Shown here in pieces: positions 11,834 through 24,362 of a stretch of DNA of 64,000 bases; the first letter of the stretch is position 1, and each line of letters starts with the position of its first letter. Source of the stretch: Kudoa neothunni. Its lineage: Eukaryota; Animalia; Cnidaria. The position numbers and the translations under genes were made by a program. The stretch is from assembly GCA_964304625.1 (NCBI GenBank), contig OZ199839.1, positions 11,190,847 to 11,254,846 on the forward strand, given 5' to 3'. The notes beneath the pieces were generated by a model. The model was not told where the DNA came from, did no database searches, and saw only the letters and a list, made by a program, of their open reading frames with translations.

Positions 11834-14171
11834 TTAGGCGAATTTGAGGCCTTCATCCTTGTGAGAGGAGGGTTTCTTGCAAACAATTAACAGTGTTATT
11901 ATAATTAATACTACTATCACAGCGATTGGTATCAATGTGAACCTAAATACATGACGATATATACTCGAGTCAAATTCTAATTACATTAAAATATAATTCT
12001 TTTTTTCTTGCTGTGTCAGCCCGCCTGATAGAGTCATATCTTGGACACAGGTCAAAAAATCGACTACAACAAAAAACTCACTGCTATAATAGGTGAAGAC
12101 TCTTTCTTCATCAACCCCAACTATGGCCACTGTAAAGTTAATTGAGTAGTAGAAATCCGGCAATACAGCTTTCACTGATTTGTTGCACATGGAGTAGGAC
12201 GAACAGGTCGAGTTTGGTCCAAAATCCCAGCAGGAAGAATTCCACAGAATATAGGAGTTGGTTTCGTTTTTCTCCGACACAATTATCAACCATTTACATA
12301 GATGGCCTTCATCGTTGTGATTCAGACTTATATTGAAGACCGAATAACCATCTTCCACATAATCGAAAAAGACGTCGAGGATCATGGGCGGCCCTTTACT
12401 TCAATCAAATCCACATATTTTTATCTAATTACCTTTTTCTGTTCTGAAACTAGCATAATACGGATTGTAACTTTGCTGAATAATAACAACAGACACATCA
12501 TAGTCGGTTTCATATAGTAGGTTATTAATTGTAAATTCTTCGCCAACAAACCCAGTACACATTGGATTATTGATACAATCTGGAATGTGATAAGCATCAT
12601 CGTCAGATCTCTTTATAAAAACTCTGCAAGTATAATTCATCTGGTTATTGTCAAGATTGTAGAGCTTAATTGTCGCACTATTTGATGAGATATTTAAAGC
12701 GTGGACTTCAAATTTGCCAAGAAGCACTTCTAAAAGATTTCACTATTAAATTGATATTGAATAAATAAATAAATAAATATACCCTTTAAAATACTGAATT
12801 CGAAATATGGTTTATAATCTACACATCTATCCATCGATATTCTTGTAAGCAGCCTATCGAATGGATGCAAAGCTTTTTCGTCTAGGTCCGATGAAATCAT
12901 AAAATTTCCGTTGCAGTTGGAATCTTTGTAATTTTCAGATATACACTCAAACAGTTGATAGAATTTGTTTTCAGGAGTCGGGACTGGAACTGTAGGGCAT
13001 TCTGATCCATTTTTTATAGCTTCCATTGAGGTTTTTTTTCAGTTCACCCACGTAGTAGGCTTGATTACGATCTACGCTTTCGATATCTGAACTTTTCCCT
13101 ATCACTGAACAAAAATTTTGATTTTTGTATGTATATTTAATACCTGGCTCAATACTTTGAATTTCAGAATAATTTCGGTGAAATTCTGGTGTGTATCTTC
13201 TAACTGTAAGATTGATGAACGGTTGCCATTGAGAAGGAGCTGTGAGAAATACATCAGAACATACTGATATGCACGCCCCCTTGCCACGTTCTTCACCGCA
13301 ACCAGCGATGCTATCCTCACTAGGAAATTCTGTTTGAAACGTATTTAACGCTTTGAAAACACATATCGAATTAGGGGCACTATTTTGAAAATGGACCAAT
13401 ATCTTGTTAGTCTCGGATGTTCGGTACACCATATAATCAATGAAAGCGGTATCAAAATCGACAATCGATGACTCTGCTACATTATAAAGGTATTTTGGGG
13501 AATAATCGCAGTCAATTTCAATGCTTCCCAACTGAAACGTAAGCCAAAGAGAAGCGGTTTTCTTTCGGTTCCACTCATCAAATGAAATTACTTGGGCTGA
13601 TCTTCCTCCATACACAATATCACAGCTGGTCACATGAGTGGATTCTACTCTAAAATCAATAATATCTTTCGAAAATTCTTGAACTTCTATTTGGGGCATC
13701 ATATAGATTTCTATTTATAGTAGGTGATGTAACAGCAATCACAGTAAATGTCTCACCTAGTGGTACCCAAACAACATAAACTTTTTCTACTGCGTAAACA
13801 TCAGATAATTGTTCTATTTTGATAAATCTGGGATTGTGTGATAACTCACTGTATTTTATAAAACGTGGACTTGAACATAAATTTGAGCAAGCCGTTTCGG
13901 AGTTTTGGTTACAATGCTCAATTTTTCGATAGATTTGTTCTCGTTGGTCATACGTGCTCATTTCGCACTTGCTAGTGACCGAAAACGAATAGTTACTAAA
14001 GATGTAGAAGCTTTTATGGCCAGAGTCGCTCAGAGAATATTTCCATTTCACTTCTTCCAATAATGTTACCGATACTAAATGTATTACATAAAAGTCTACA
14101 AACTAATAATAATTATAATAATTACTTTGAATCAACAAAAAGAACATTAATAAATTATTTACTGTTGTCAT
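11834..14171 (-). CDS. Uncharacterised Cys-rich type I membrane protein, family copy 1 (frameshifted in this sequence)
   Basis: ATG 14171; signal-like MTTVNNLLMFFLLIQISVTLL; introns at 14125-14075, 13756-13711, 12782-12730 and others; Cys modules; FN3-like NNLLYETDYDVSV; TM FTLIPIAVIVVLIIITLLIVC; tail KKPSSHKDEGLKFA*. There is a +1 frameshift in the A8 run at 13032-13039. Confidence 0.8.
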
Positions 14172-15314
14172 TCTGTTAGAACTTGTTGTTAATACGATTG
14201 AATTTTTTTCAAATAATGTTTAGTTTTGAGCTTAGAATTAAAAGATGTATTCCTAGGATTTTAATAAACGAACCCCCAAGAAAGGTAAAATCAAAACTCT
14301 ATAGAATAATGCATACATTTCTACAAATACCATTCCGTTTGTTATCCAATTTTTAAACCTATGATATGCTTGTTAATTTTAACAAAATATTGGCATATTT
14401 ACTCAAAAATTGAATCCATAGTTTAATATGAAAAACTATTAATTTCTTTATGTTTATATATAATATTTAAACATCAAAGAATGACTTAATGGTTGAAGAC
14501 AATTCCCAGAACTTACGGACTTCCATTCCATTGGGACGTATAGAATTCTTCTGTGAATTCCAAATATTCTCCAAGATATGCTATATACTACTAATATTGT
14601 ATTTAAAATTATATTTTTGATATTATGAAATACGTTAAATCTATTACTTAGCTAAAAATAATGAAAACATCAATAAGTTCAACAAAACGATTTTAATGCA
14701 TGAATCGGCTGTTGAAATTCTCCCATTGTCGAGGAAAACCATATCCTCGTATGTTGTCACATTCGCATTTTGTTATACTTTTATAAATTGTATAAAAATT
14801 ATGTTAAATGAATTTTAATTATTCAGTCTATAATTTGATTGCATTTTTTATTATAGGACATAATTTAATGATATTATTTTTAAATTATAATATTGATTAT
14901 TTTATCATCCTTCTTTTTAATTTATTTTCGTTTACGTTAAATGAAATTATTTTATTTTTAGTTAATAAAAAAAAGCATTTTCATTATTATAAATGAGAAT
15001 TGGAAAATTAAAATTTAGTTTAATGTTACAATAAGTGCCAATTACACATGAAACCTTGTTGCAATGCGTATAAATTAAAGCTCCTAAAGAAACTTTGAAA
15101 GAAACTTTGATTGAAATATAAATATTTATATTTCATAAAATAAAAAAATTTATAGACGGCGATTAAATGAGGGATGTGTTGCTTTAATTCACAGTTTATC
15201 AATGATGTAAAAATACTGAGTATATATTGAGTGTTATAAGAATTTTGATTGTTTGAACCATACATATTTTGCTTAAATTCTCCACCCAATTAACCATCTC
15301 TCCTCTATATAAAC

Positions 15315-15340
15315 ATATATATATATATATATATATATAT
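15315..15340. repeat. (AT)n microsatellite
   Basis: Visible dinucleotide run. Confidence 0.9.
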
Positions 15341-15737
15341 GCTTCTAACTATTATTCTCTAATAAGATGGAAAATTGTGTTAAATTATATGCTTACAATT
15401 TGAGTATTTGTCAGTGAGAAGATTAATATTTTCCCATACGAGGCGAAATCTACATGCGTGATATGGGAATCGCTGAGTATATGTTAAAATACAAAAAGCT
15501 TCATCTTAAAATTAAAAATACCTAAATCTAATGATATAATTAGATTTTCGGTGAGTTTTACTTTCTAGAGACCATTTGTTTTTGTCTTAATACTCCAAAA
15601 CTCCCCGAAAATTTAAAAAGAGACTATATGTGGCGTATACTGTGAGTTTTGGCGCGTTTTTGATGGTAACTTTAAGAACAAAATTGCGCAAACATTACGA
15701 CACTGCGAAATAACATACGATTTTCTCTTGATTGATT

Positions 15738-18172
15738 TCATAATTCAAATTTAGTAGTATCTCGAATACTTATTCGTTCTTGGTAGACTGTATGCCTGTT
15801 TCTCAGGACTTTCGCTTTTATTAAAAAGAGCATTATTATGAGGAAACCTATAATTATCAAGGCAGGAATAATTGTTCCCCTAAATAAATATGTAAATATA
15901 CAACTTGAAGTTCCAGTATATTACAAAAGTAAATATTTATTGTAACCGCCTGATTTTAGTGTCTTGTGATTATAATGGCCAACTGATTCTAACAGCTTTT
16001 CAATATTATGATTAGTTGATTCTACGGGTTTCATTGTTTTATTTTCAGAGTTATTCATTGTTCCTAAATAGCAAGCTTAAAAATTACTTTGAAAAATTTC
16101 AACTACGTTCTTCAAAAAAATATGTAAATTCTTCTTCAGTTTCGATAACAGTAACGATAAATTCTATGGAACTATAAGAATCTGGTAGTTGCGAGAGTAT
16201 TTCTGCACTGCAACTTGGGTAAAATTGGTCATCAGAATCGGTCAAATTGTTCCGGTAAGATCCCCAAAAAACGTAGTGATCGATAGATTCATTGGTTTTT
16301 AGAATATTAATCGTCCAACTGCATTTGTAATTTTTACTGTTTTCACTCAATATTAGTTTAAATCGGGTCTTTCCACTTTCAAGGAATTCTATAGTGACAT
16401 TTTTAACCGAGGCTGGTTCTAGACAATTTAAATGAGTTCGATATTTATTTATTTATTTATGCTTATACCTGTTTCAATATTATAAAAATAAGGATAATAA
16501 CTGTGTTTGATAAAACTCACTGACACATTATAGCTTGTATTACTTTGAAGATTTTTCACATGGAATTCTTCACCAACATAACCACTACAAGTAAATCTAT
16601 TCGAACAGTCTGGTGTGTGAAAGAACGCATCAGAAAATCTTTTGATAGCAATACTGAAGGTGGAGTTGAATGGTAAAGCAATTTCTTTGTAAGCAGCTTT
16701 AATTATGAAACTGTTAGGCCTAATATCAGAAACACTAACAGTATATTTATCTGGTACAATCTCTAAGTTAAAGATTTATTAGGGCTGTAAAAATGTGTTA
16801 TACCTTTAGTTAGGTAAAATACGTACGGCTTTAAAAATTTGGTACAGTTGGAAACGCTAATTAATAATTTTAAGCGTTTAAAAGATTGAAGATCTTCTCC
16901 ATATATTTTTTGTGTTATCTGAAACGATTCGTTGCAATGGAAATCCTTGTACGTATTTACAAGACATTTGAACATATTATTTAGTGGGATATCAGTGGTT
17001 TTATACAAATCAGGACAGTAGGTTCCGTTTTTAGTTATTTCCATTAAAGTTTGATTCAATTTTTCTTTGTAATATTCGACATCAAATTTAGAATTTATCA
17101 TATCTGAACTATGACCAATCACTAAAATGAATTTAAGCACACAAATTAGATTATTCATTATTTATATACATGGAAGTATTTTTTTATTTTTCGAGTATTC
17201 ATTGCGATAATACCGATTGTATCGCAGAACCTCTATTTGAATAATTTCTTCCCATCTTACAGCTGTAGTCAGGATTACATCAGAACATATAGAAACACAC
17301 GTATCCGATGCATTTCCACATCTTGCAATATTGTCCACTCCAATCGAAGGGTTTGGGTAAAAATTGATGGCTTTGAACATGCACATAGAATTAGTATCAT
17401 CGTGCAGGAAATGAACTAATATTTCATTTGATTTGTTTGTTCTAAACATTCCATAATTCATGGCCAATGTCAACTGATCAATTCTTGACGATTTAACAAA
17501 ATTGTAAACGAATTTTGGTATAGAGTCACATACTATTTCTGTATATTCGTTCTGCAATCCATGGTAAACTTCGATTAATAAATATATATAAGTCTTTGAT
17601 AATGTTGAGCTCATTAAAATTCCTCCATATTTTATTTGACATATTGAATTGTTGTAGGTAAAAAATTGAAGCCAGCATTTTTGCTTACTCATTTCTAAGA
17701 TAAACACTACAGGTGTCTTAATAATTTCTAAGCAACATTTGTATTATTAAAGAAGTAGTTAGTTGGCTACCTAGTGGGGCTTCTAAGGAATAGTAATCAA
17801 TGGGATTATTGTTATAGTCCACCTTTTCTATCTTTAGAACCAATCTTTGGTCCATCCTTTCGTTATCTCGTATGAAGCGTTGCTCTGAACATAAGTGAGA
17901 ACAACTAATTTTGGGTCCACTTTCACATTCGTTGATTCTATTGAAGTTATTATTATATGTATTAAAAATGTGGAGATAGCATTTGATTGTTGAAGAGAAC
18001 GTATCATTGCTATAAACGAAAACACCGCTTTGTTCAGGATCACTTTGAATAAAACTCCATTTTTCATTTCTGGGTTTTATTACAAAAACTATGCCTAATT
18101 TATAAATCGTTATCAAATAAAAGTACTTTTGAGTGAGAGAAACAAAATTATTATTATTCTGGTTTCAGTCAT
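15738..18172 (-). CDS. Uncharacterised Cys-rich type I membrane protein, family copy 2
   Basis: ATG 18172 MTETRIIIILFLSLKSIVFVI; same intron positions as copy 1; FN3-like exon with KNLQSNTSYNVSV (about 16470-16760, not in the ORF track); TM GTIIPALIIIGFLIIMLFLI; tail ends RDTTKFEL*. Confidence 0.85.
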
Positions 18173-19815
18173 TTTTATATTTGATATAATACGGCTAACT
18201 TTAATGCTTAAGCTGGCTGAAATTTGCCGAGCAACACGTTGAAAATATACAGGACCACATTATTTTATTCCTTAATTTTGGCAAATAATATTTTGCATTA
18301 GTTAATTATTTTGGAAAAATGAAGTATACGTAACAAAAACTAAGGGGTGATACTCAATTCTCAAGGGGGTGGGCTGAAATTCATTTTACCCCATAATATT
18401 TCTCTCAAGAATAATAAACTATGGTTATTACTCTGTGCTCTAATTTGATTCATTAATGACAGATTAAAAATTTAAAAAATGCTTTTAATTATTTAGAAAA
18501 TTACAAAAAATTATAAATATGTCAAATTTTTAACTATGTCGTTTAAATATGAGTGAAAATACAAATTTTGAACTAAAAAGAAAACTTAAATAGTGATAAA
18601 ATTTTCGGTAATATTTATAAGGTCATTGAATAATTGCGGACCACACAATCCTTAGCTAATTTTGTTTTAGATTTTATTTTAAAAATTTAACTTTTTCATT
18701 CCTACATTTTTGGTTTTCGATATTGAAATATTATATTAAATAGTTACTGATACTGATTTAAATGTTAAAATTCCCCAAAGAATTTTTTTCGACCATTATC
18801 AACAAATTTCAGGAAAAAATGGAAACTAAATTAAAATCCTATTCAAATGTATCATAACTATATGAAAATTTCATATTATCTTTATAATGCATTGAAAATT
18901 TAATTTTTAATAGATTTGTAAATATATGCTTAGTAAAATCAATAATTCTTACATCGATTAATTTTTTGGTGCATGTGCGCCAATGTAGATATCAACTTCT
19001 CATTTTCGAATTTATTCCACATTAAAAATATTTAAAGCGTAAGTTTTTAAAAAGAGTTACGAAAGATTTCTATTCCATAAATAAAAATATTTATAGCTCA
19101 AGTATATAAAAAGATGTAAAATACATTGCTATTTAACATCTAAAAATTTTTAAAGCTAGAACTATTAAAGGTAAAGGGGATAAAAAACATTGAGTTTTAA
19201 TATATATCTATTTCCCTAAAATAAACAAACTTTATAAATATAATTAATTACTTATTATGTAACAAACAATAATAATCATTATAACTTTTTTAAATTAATT
19301 TCCCACCTTTCAAATATACCCAAGGATATTTTTAAATTATGAAAAATCGTATTTAGCCAAAATAATAAAAAAATGAATATATTATTATCATGTATACAAA
19401 CAAGTTAAATAGTTTTAAATGACGCTATCTCAATTTCTTCGATACGTAGTCTACTTTTATATTTTGTTTTTAAATAGATTAAAATCGTTATAACTTTTTA
19501 AAACTATTCGGGAGAAAATATTCAAAATAGAACCTCATGAAGATAAAATATTTTTTCTAGTTCATTTATATTTTAGAATTTAAATGAGACTGAGACTGAG
19601 ATCGGAAGAGTTAACATATGATTAGTTTATATTTTTTATAATTTTTTTAATCAATTAAAATATTTATAAAGTAAAATCCCAGGTTTAATGGTTATGTATA
19701 TTTTTTAATCGAATAAATTTATTAATTCCGCTCTATCTTAAAAAATTCCGTATTATGCGACCAAAAATATGAGAATTTAGTATTATGAATAATACAGTAG
19801 AGAAATTTGTAACTA

Positions 19816-20798
19816 TCCTAATATATAAAGTCGTAGTGTCCGTGCGTTTGTCAATGTCCGTTCGCGAATTCATATTCTTATACAGAGACTTATACTTAAT
19901 GAGGCTTTTTGTATACTTTAAAAAATACAAAATTAACTACAAAAAATATAACGGGATTGTCCGATTACTTTTAAAATGACTTACAAATAGTGTAAACTTC
20001 TTGTAAGTAGATTAGCGCTAGCAATCGTAAGTTTATTTTAATATGTGACTCTCAATATAATACAGAGATAAGCGTAGATAACTTTGATTTTCCACAGCCT
20101 CTTCAACTATATGGTTGTGATATTTTGTTTTTTACTATTTGAATATATTTGGGAAGTTCTATAAAGTGTTTACCTGCGTAGGCCGGGTAAACGATAAACA
20201 ATCACGGGTTATTCGAGCAGGGTATTAATTTTTGGGGGAAATTATTATTTGTTCCACGTCTTATTAGTGCTAATACGTGCTTATTATTTTTTGCATGGAT
20301 TTAAATTAAAGTTAATACATTTTCTTTAAGTGTAACATTGTTCACAAATTTTAGATTAATGGGTTAATCGACAGGTTAGATACAGCGATTAAAATTTTAA
20401 GAGTTTCACTAGATTTTGATTTATAATTGTAGATAAAGTCCACTCCAAATGAAAGTGAAGAGGATCGGGATATTACTGTTTATTTTGATTAATACTGGTT
20501 TCAAAATGACGATATTATGATTAAGATTTCCGTTTAGTATTTTAATCGGCGGGTCGGCTAAAAGATAAGTATTATTTTTATTCTTTAAAGTTTTTTTAGT
20601 TAAATAATCCAACTATTAGACGAAGTCAGATAATTCTATACAAATAAAATTTTATTTTACATAACACGATTGTTAAAATAATGATGGTATAAACAAATTA
20701 TGAGTTAATATTGTTCAGCCAGGGGTTATATAAAGAGATTAATATTTTTTAAATTTAAATTAGCCCACTCACAAGCAAAGCTGAGGTTTTCGCGCTAA
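19816..20798 (+). mobile_element. Non-autonomous Helitron-like element
   Basis: Starts A|TCCTAATATATAAAG...TGTCCGTGCGTTTGTC and shares TTCA(TA)TTCTT.TA.AGAG with the element at 1413. Degenerate 3' hairpin ending TTCGCGCTAA|T. Confidence 0.5.
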
Positions 20799-21014
20799 TA
20801 CCACATAAAAATGCTCCAATTAATATCACAAATAAATATCGACCGAAATAACAACTTCAATCGAAAAAAATATTTTCTTGACTTTAATTTGTTCTTAGTT
20901 TAGCTTAGTCTTGTCAGTCATAATCAACTTCTATTATAAATGATAATAATAAAAGAAAACCCCCAATTATTGCAAATACCACCGTGGAATTTTACTTGTC
21001 CATATGATGAGTTC

Positions 21015-23579
21015 CTATAGGCTCCAAAATTTAATCCCTCCTCTATCTTTGTTTTCTTGTTCTTCCGACATAGCATAAAAGTTGTTAGAGCGATTGCTAT
21101 TAGCAGTAAACCTGGGAGGATTATTAATCTTAAAACAAGTTATAGTGAGAAATGTATAAGTTTATCACATTAGAAGGTTTTTATTGAGTTTTTTTTGTGT
21201 ATCTTCAATCCCATTTGAATGCGCTAAAGCTAGAAAATGTCGGCACTGAAAACACACGGAAATACTTACTTTTATTGAAAACAAAATGTTTCACATCTCC
21301 CTCCAACCCAACTATAGTAACGATAAATTCTACCGACAAGTAGAGGTTCGGTAAACGCGATAACACCGGTTCAGCACACCTATGGTAAGACTTACAATCT
21401 GAGTTTTGTTCAATTTTCCAACATGAATCCCACAACACGTATCTATCAGCAGTATCATTCGTTCTCAAGACTTTTAAACTCCATCTGCATTTATAATCTT
21501 TTTCATTGTGGCTTAACATAATTATAAACATGGTTTGTTCTTTTTCACTATCATCCATAGAAGCATCTATAATGGCAGGTGGTGCTAAAACATAATAACT
21601 ATTTTTTGTTATGGAAGCTATATTAATACCGCTTTCAGTTCGAAACTTTGAGAAATACGAATTGTAACTCTGTTGCATAACTTGAACTGACACTTCGTAA
21701 TTAGTGCCACTTAACAGGTTTTTCACATGTAATCTCTCGCCAACATAACCAGTACACATAATTCTATTCTCACAATCTGGAATGAAATAAACATTATCTC
21801 CAGTTCTCCTCAAAAGAGCACGGCAAGTAAATGCAGTCACAACTTGACTCTCTTCAGAGTTGAGTTCAATATCCACACTATGTGAGGTTGTATTCAAAAT
21901 CTTAACCTTGAAATTATGTGATCTTATTTCTATGTTTAATAAAATCAATTCATAAAATCAATTTAAATACACACCTTTTTCCATGCTAATTCTAAAATCG
22001 TATTTATGTTCTCGGCACCTTCTCATAAAGTAATTCAGTTTCAAATTGTTGTATGAATATTTTTGATTGGTATCTTCGATATAGGTTATAATGAAAGTTT
22101 CAGTACACTGTGGATAATAATTGTTTTTTAAACAATTCAACAAATTATTGTAAGGATTTTCCCCACTTAAATATCCACTAGGACAACTTGTACCATTTTT
22201 AAAAATTCCCCATAAGGTCTTATTCAACTCACTCCTATAGTATTTTGTATCAAGATTAGTTGTTCCGATGTCCGAATTATGGCCTATAACTTGAGAAAAT
22301 TTCAATAGATTATTAAGGATATAGAAAATTTACGTGGAGTATATTTTTCTATTTTTGAATAGAACTTTCGATAATTTAGATTGAGTGGAATGACACTCAC
22401 GAATATTATCTCCGCCCATCCATCTGTTCTGGTAAGAATCACGTCCGAACACAAAGAAATACATTCGTGAGATTTGTTGCCACATTGGGCATAACTTGTC
22501 AAACCAAACGTTTCCACTGGAAATTTATTTATTGCTCTAATAATACACATAAAGTTTGGATTATTTCCATAGAAGTGAATAAGTATATTGTTGCTGCTGT
22601 TGTGTGTTCTATGCACACCAAAGTCAAGAAATCGTTTTGAAAAATCGTGATATGTCGATGCAGCAAAATCGTATTTATATTTGGGAAGAAGATTGCAGTG
22701 AATTTCAGTGTATTCAAGTTGATAATCGATGAATATTTTGAAAAGGAATACGTTGATATTTTGGTGTGTTGAAGTGGAATCATCTGCTATCCCTCCATAA
22801 ACTATCGTACAAAAGTCTTTTTTGTGAGTTGTAAAATTAAGTTGAATATCAGTTGATGTTTCAGATTTCAAATTTACTTTAAGAACGCTACTAAATTCTA
22901 CGATGTCGAATAAATTAAAATATTTAATCCTAATTACATTATGAAAGTGGCTGTTCCAATCGACCCATTTGATATTTGATCAGATGTAAGTAATTTTGAC
23001 AATATATAATTGTTATAAAAAATTAAATGTTTATATAGTCTGTAAACAAGCGAGAGCTGATGGAGACAAAATTGAGCACTGAGTAAACGTTCATGCCGTT
23101 TAGGATTAGGTGAGGATCAATAGGAATAGCCACTGCCTTATTTTAATTAATTTTACCTCGCTCGAATGATATAACATAATTTCTTTCAATTACGCCGGTA
23201 GTTTTATTGGCTTTCATTGATATTTTTATAAAAATCGGATCTGTACCAAGTTGTTCGTTGGTAATAAATCGCTGTTCTATGCACAAATGTTCGCATACTT
23301 GATAAGGGCTACTCTTACATTGACTTATTATAGTGGAAAACGCAGTTTTGCGTGTATATATATAGATATGGCATATTTGATGCGTAGTAAAGGGAAAATC
23401 GCTGTATAAATAAACTCCTTTCCCTTCCATCAGATCACTATGCCGTAATTTCCATATTCCATTTTGTCCAACTATCCTCACAACTAAACAAAAATATACA
23501 ATAATATTGGTCAATGATGAGTATTTGACTATTCACTTGACAATTGTGTTAGATAGAGAGTTAAATATAGTCTTAACAT
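21015..23579 (-). CDS. Uncharacterised Cys-rich type I membrane protein, family copy 3
   Basis: ATG 23579 MLRLYLTLYLTQLSIVRIVG; exon-for-exon homology with copies 1 and 2; FN3-like KNLLSGTNYEVSV; TM LIILPGLLLIAIALTTFMLC; tail RKNKKTKIEEGLKFWSL*. Confidence 0.85.
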
Positions 23580-24362
23580 TTGAGCACATGCAACTTTTAA
23601 AATATATTTATTTTTCTTTAATTCTGAAGTTCTCTATTTATATAAAATACAATAAATTATTAAACTATATTTTACCAGTTTTATATCGAATGTACTCTCC
23701 ACTGATTTGATTATCCAGACAATCAATTTAATCGGATCCAATAATTAGAATATACTTATATTCTAATTATTTTTTTTCATTTATGGTATACTTTAAATTT
23801 CTTAAAACTCAAATAAATTGTTTATAAAAATTAATATTCACACTTTATTTGAAGTTTTTTTAATTGAGTTGGATTTTTCTTTTATTTATTTAAATTTAAA
23901 TATATATATTTAAACCTATTATTTAATATTAACATAGAAACGCCCAAGTATTAATTATTATTAATTGTTGTCAGATTTATCATGAACTCGATGAATGCTG
24001 CTAAATAGGAACCACAAATTTTAAGTGATATTTACTTGGAATCTATATATTTGCAAATTCATCCTCATAGTATGTAGCAGGTGGCAAATTTTAATATTTT
24101 GATATAATTCATTAGAAAACAATCTCGCGTTTTTTCATAGATATTTTTTTATTTTAATTATTATTTATAATAATGGTTCACTCGTTAAATGCATGCCACG
24201 AATAAACAGCATGTAAAATTAGCATTTTTTCGATTGATGGGGCCATATTTACTTGGCCTATTATTTTAATCAACTGAATTCTAAATTAATATAAAATTAT
24301 TTCTACTTATTTTTAATTATGAGTAGACTGTTGTAACAAAAAAAACGTTTGAAAAATTAATA

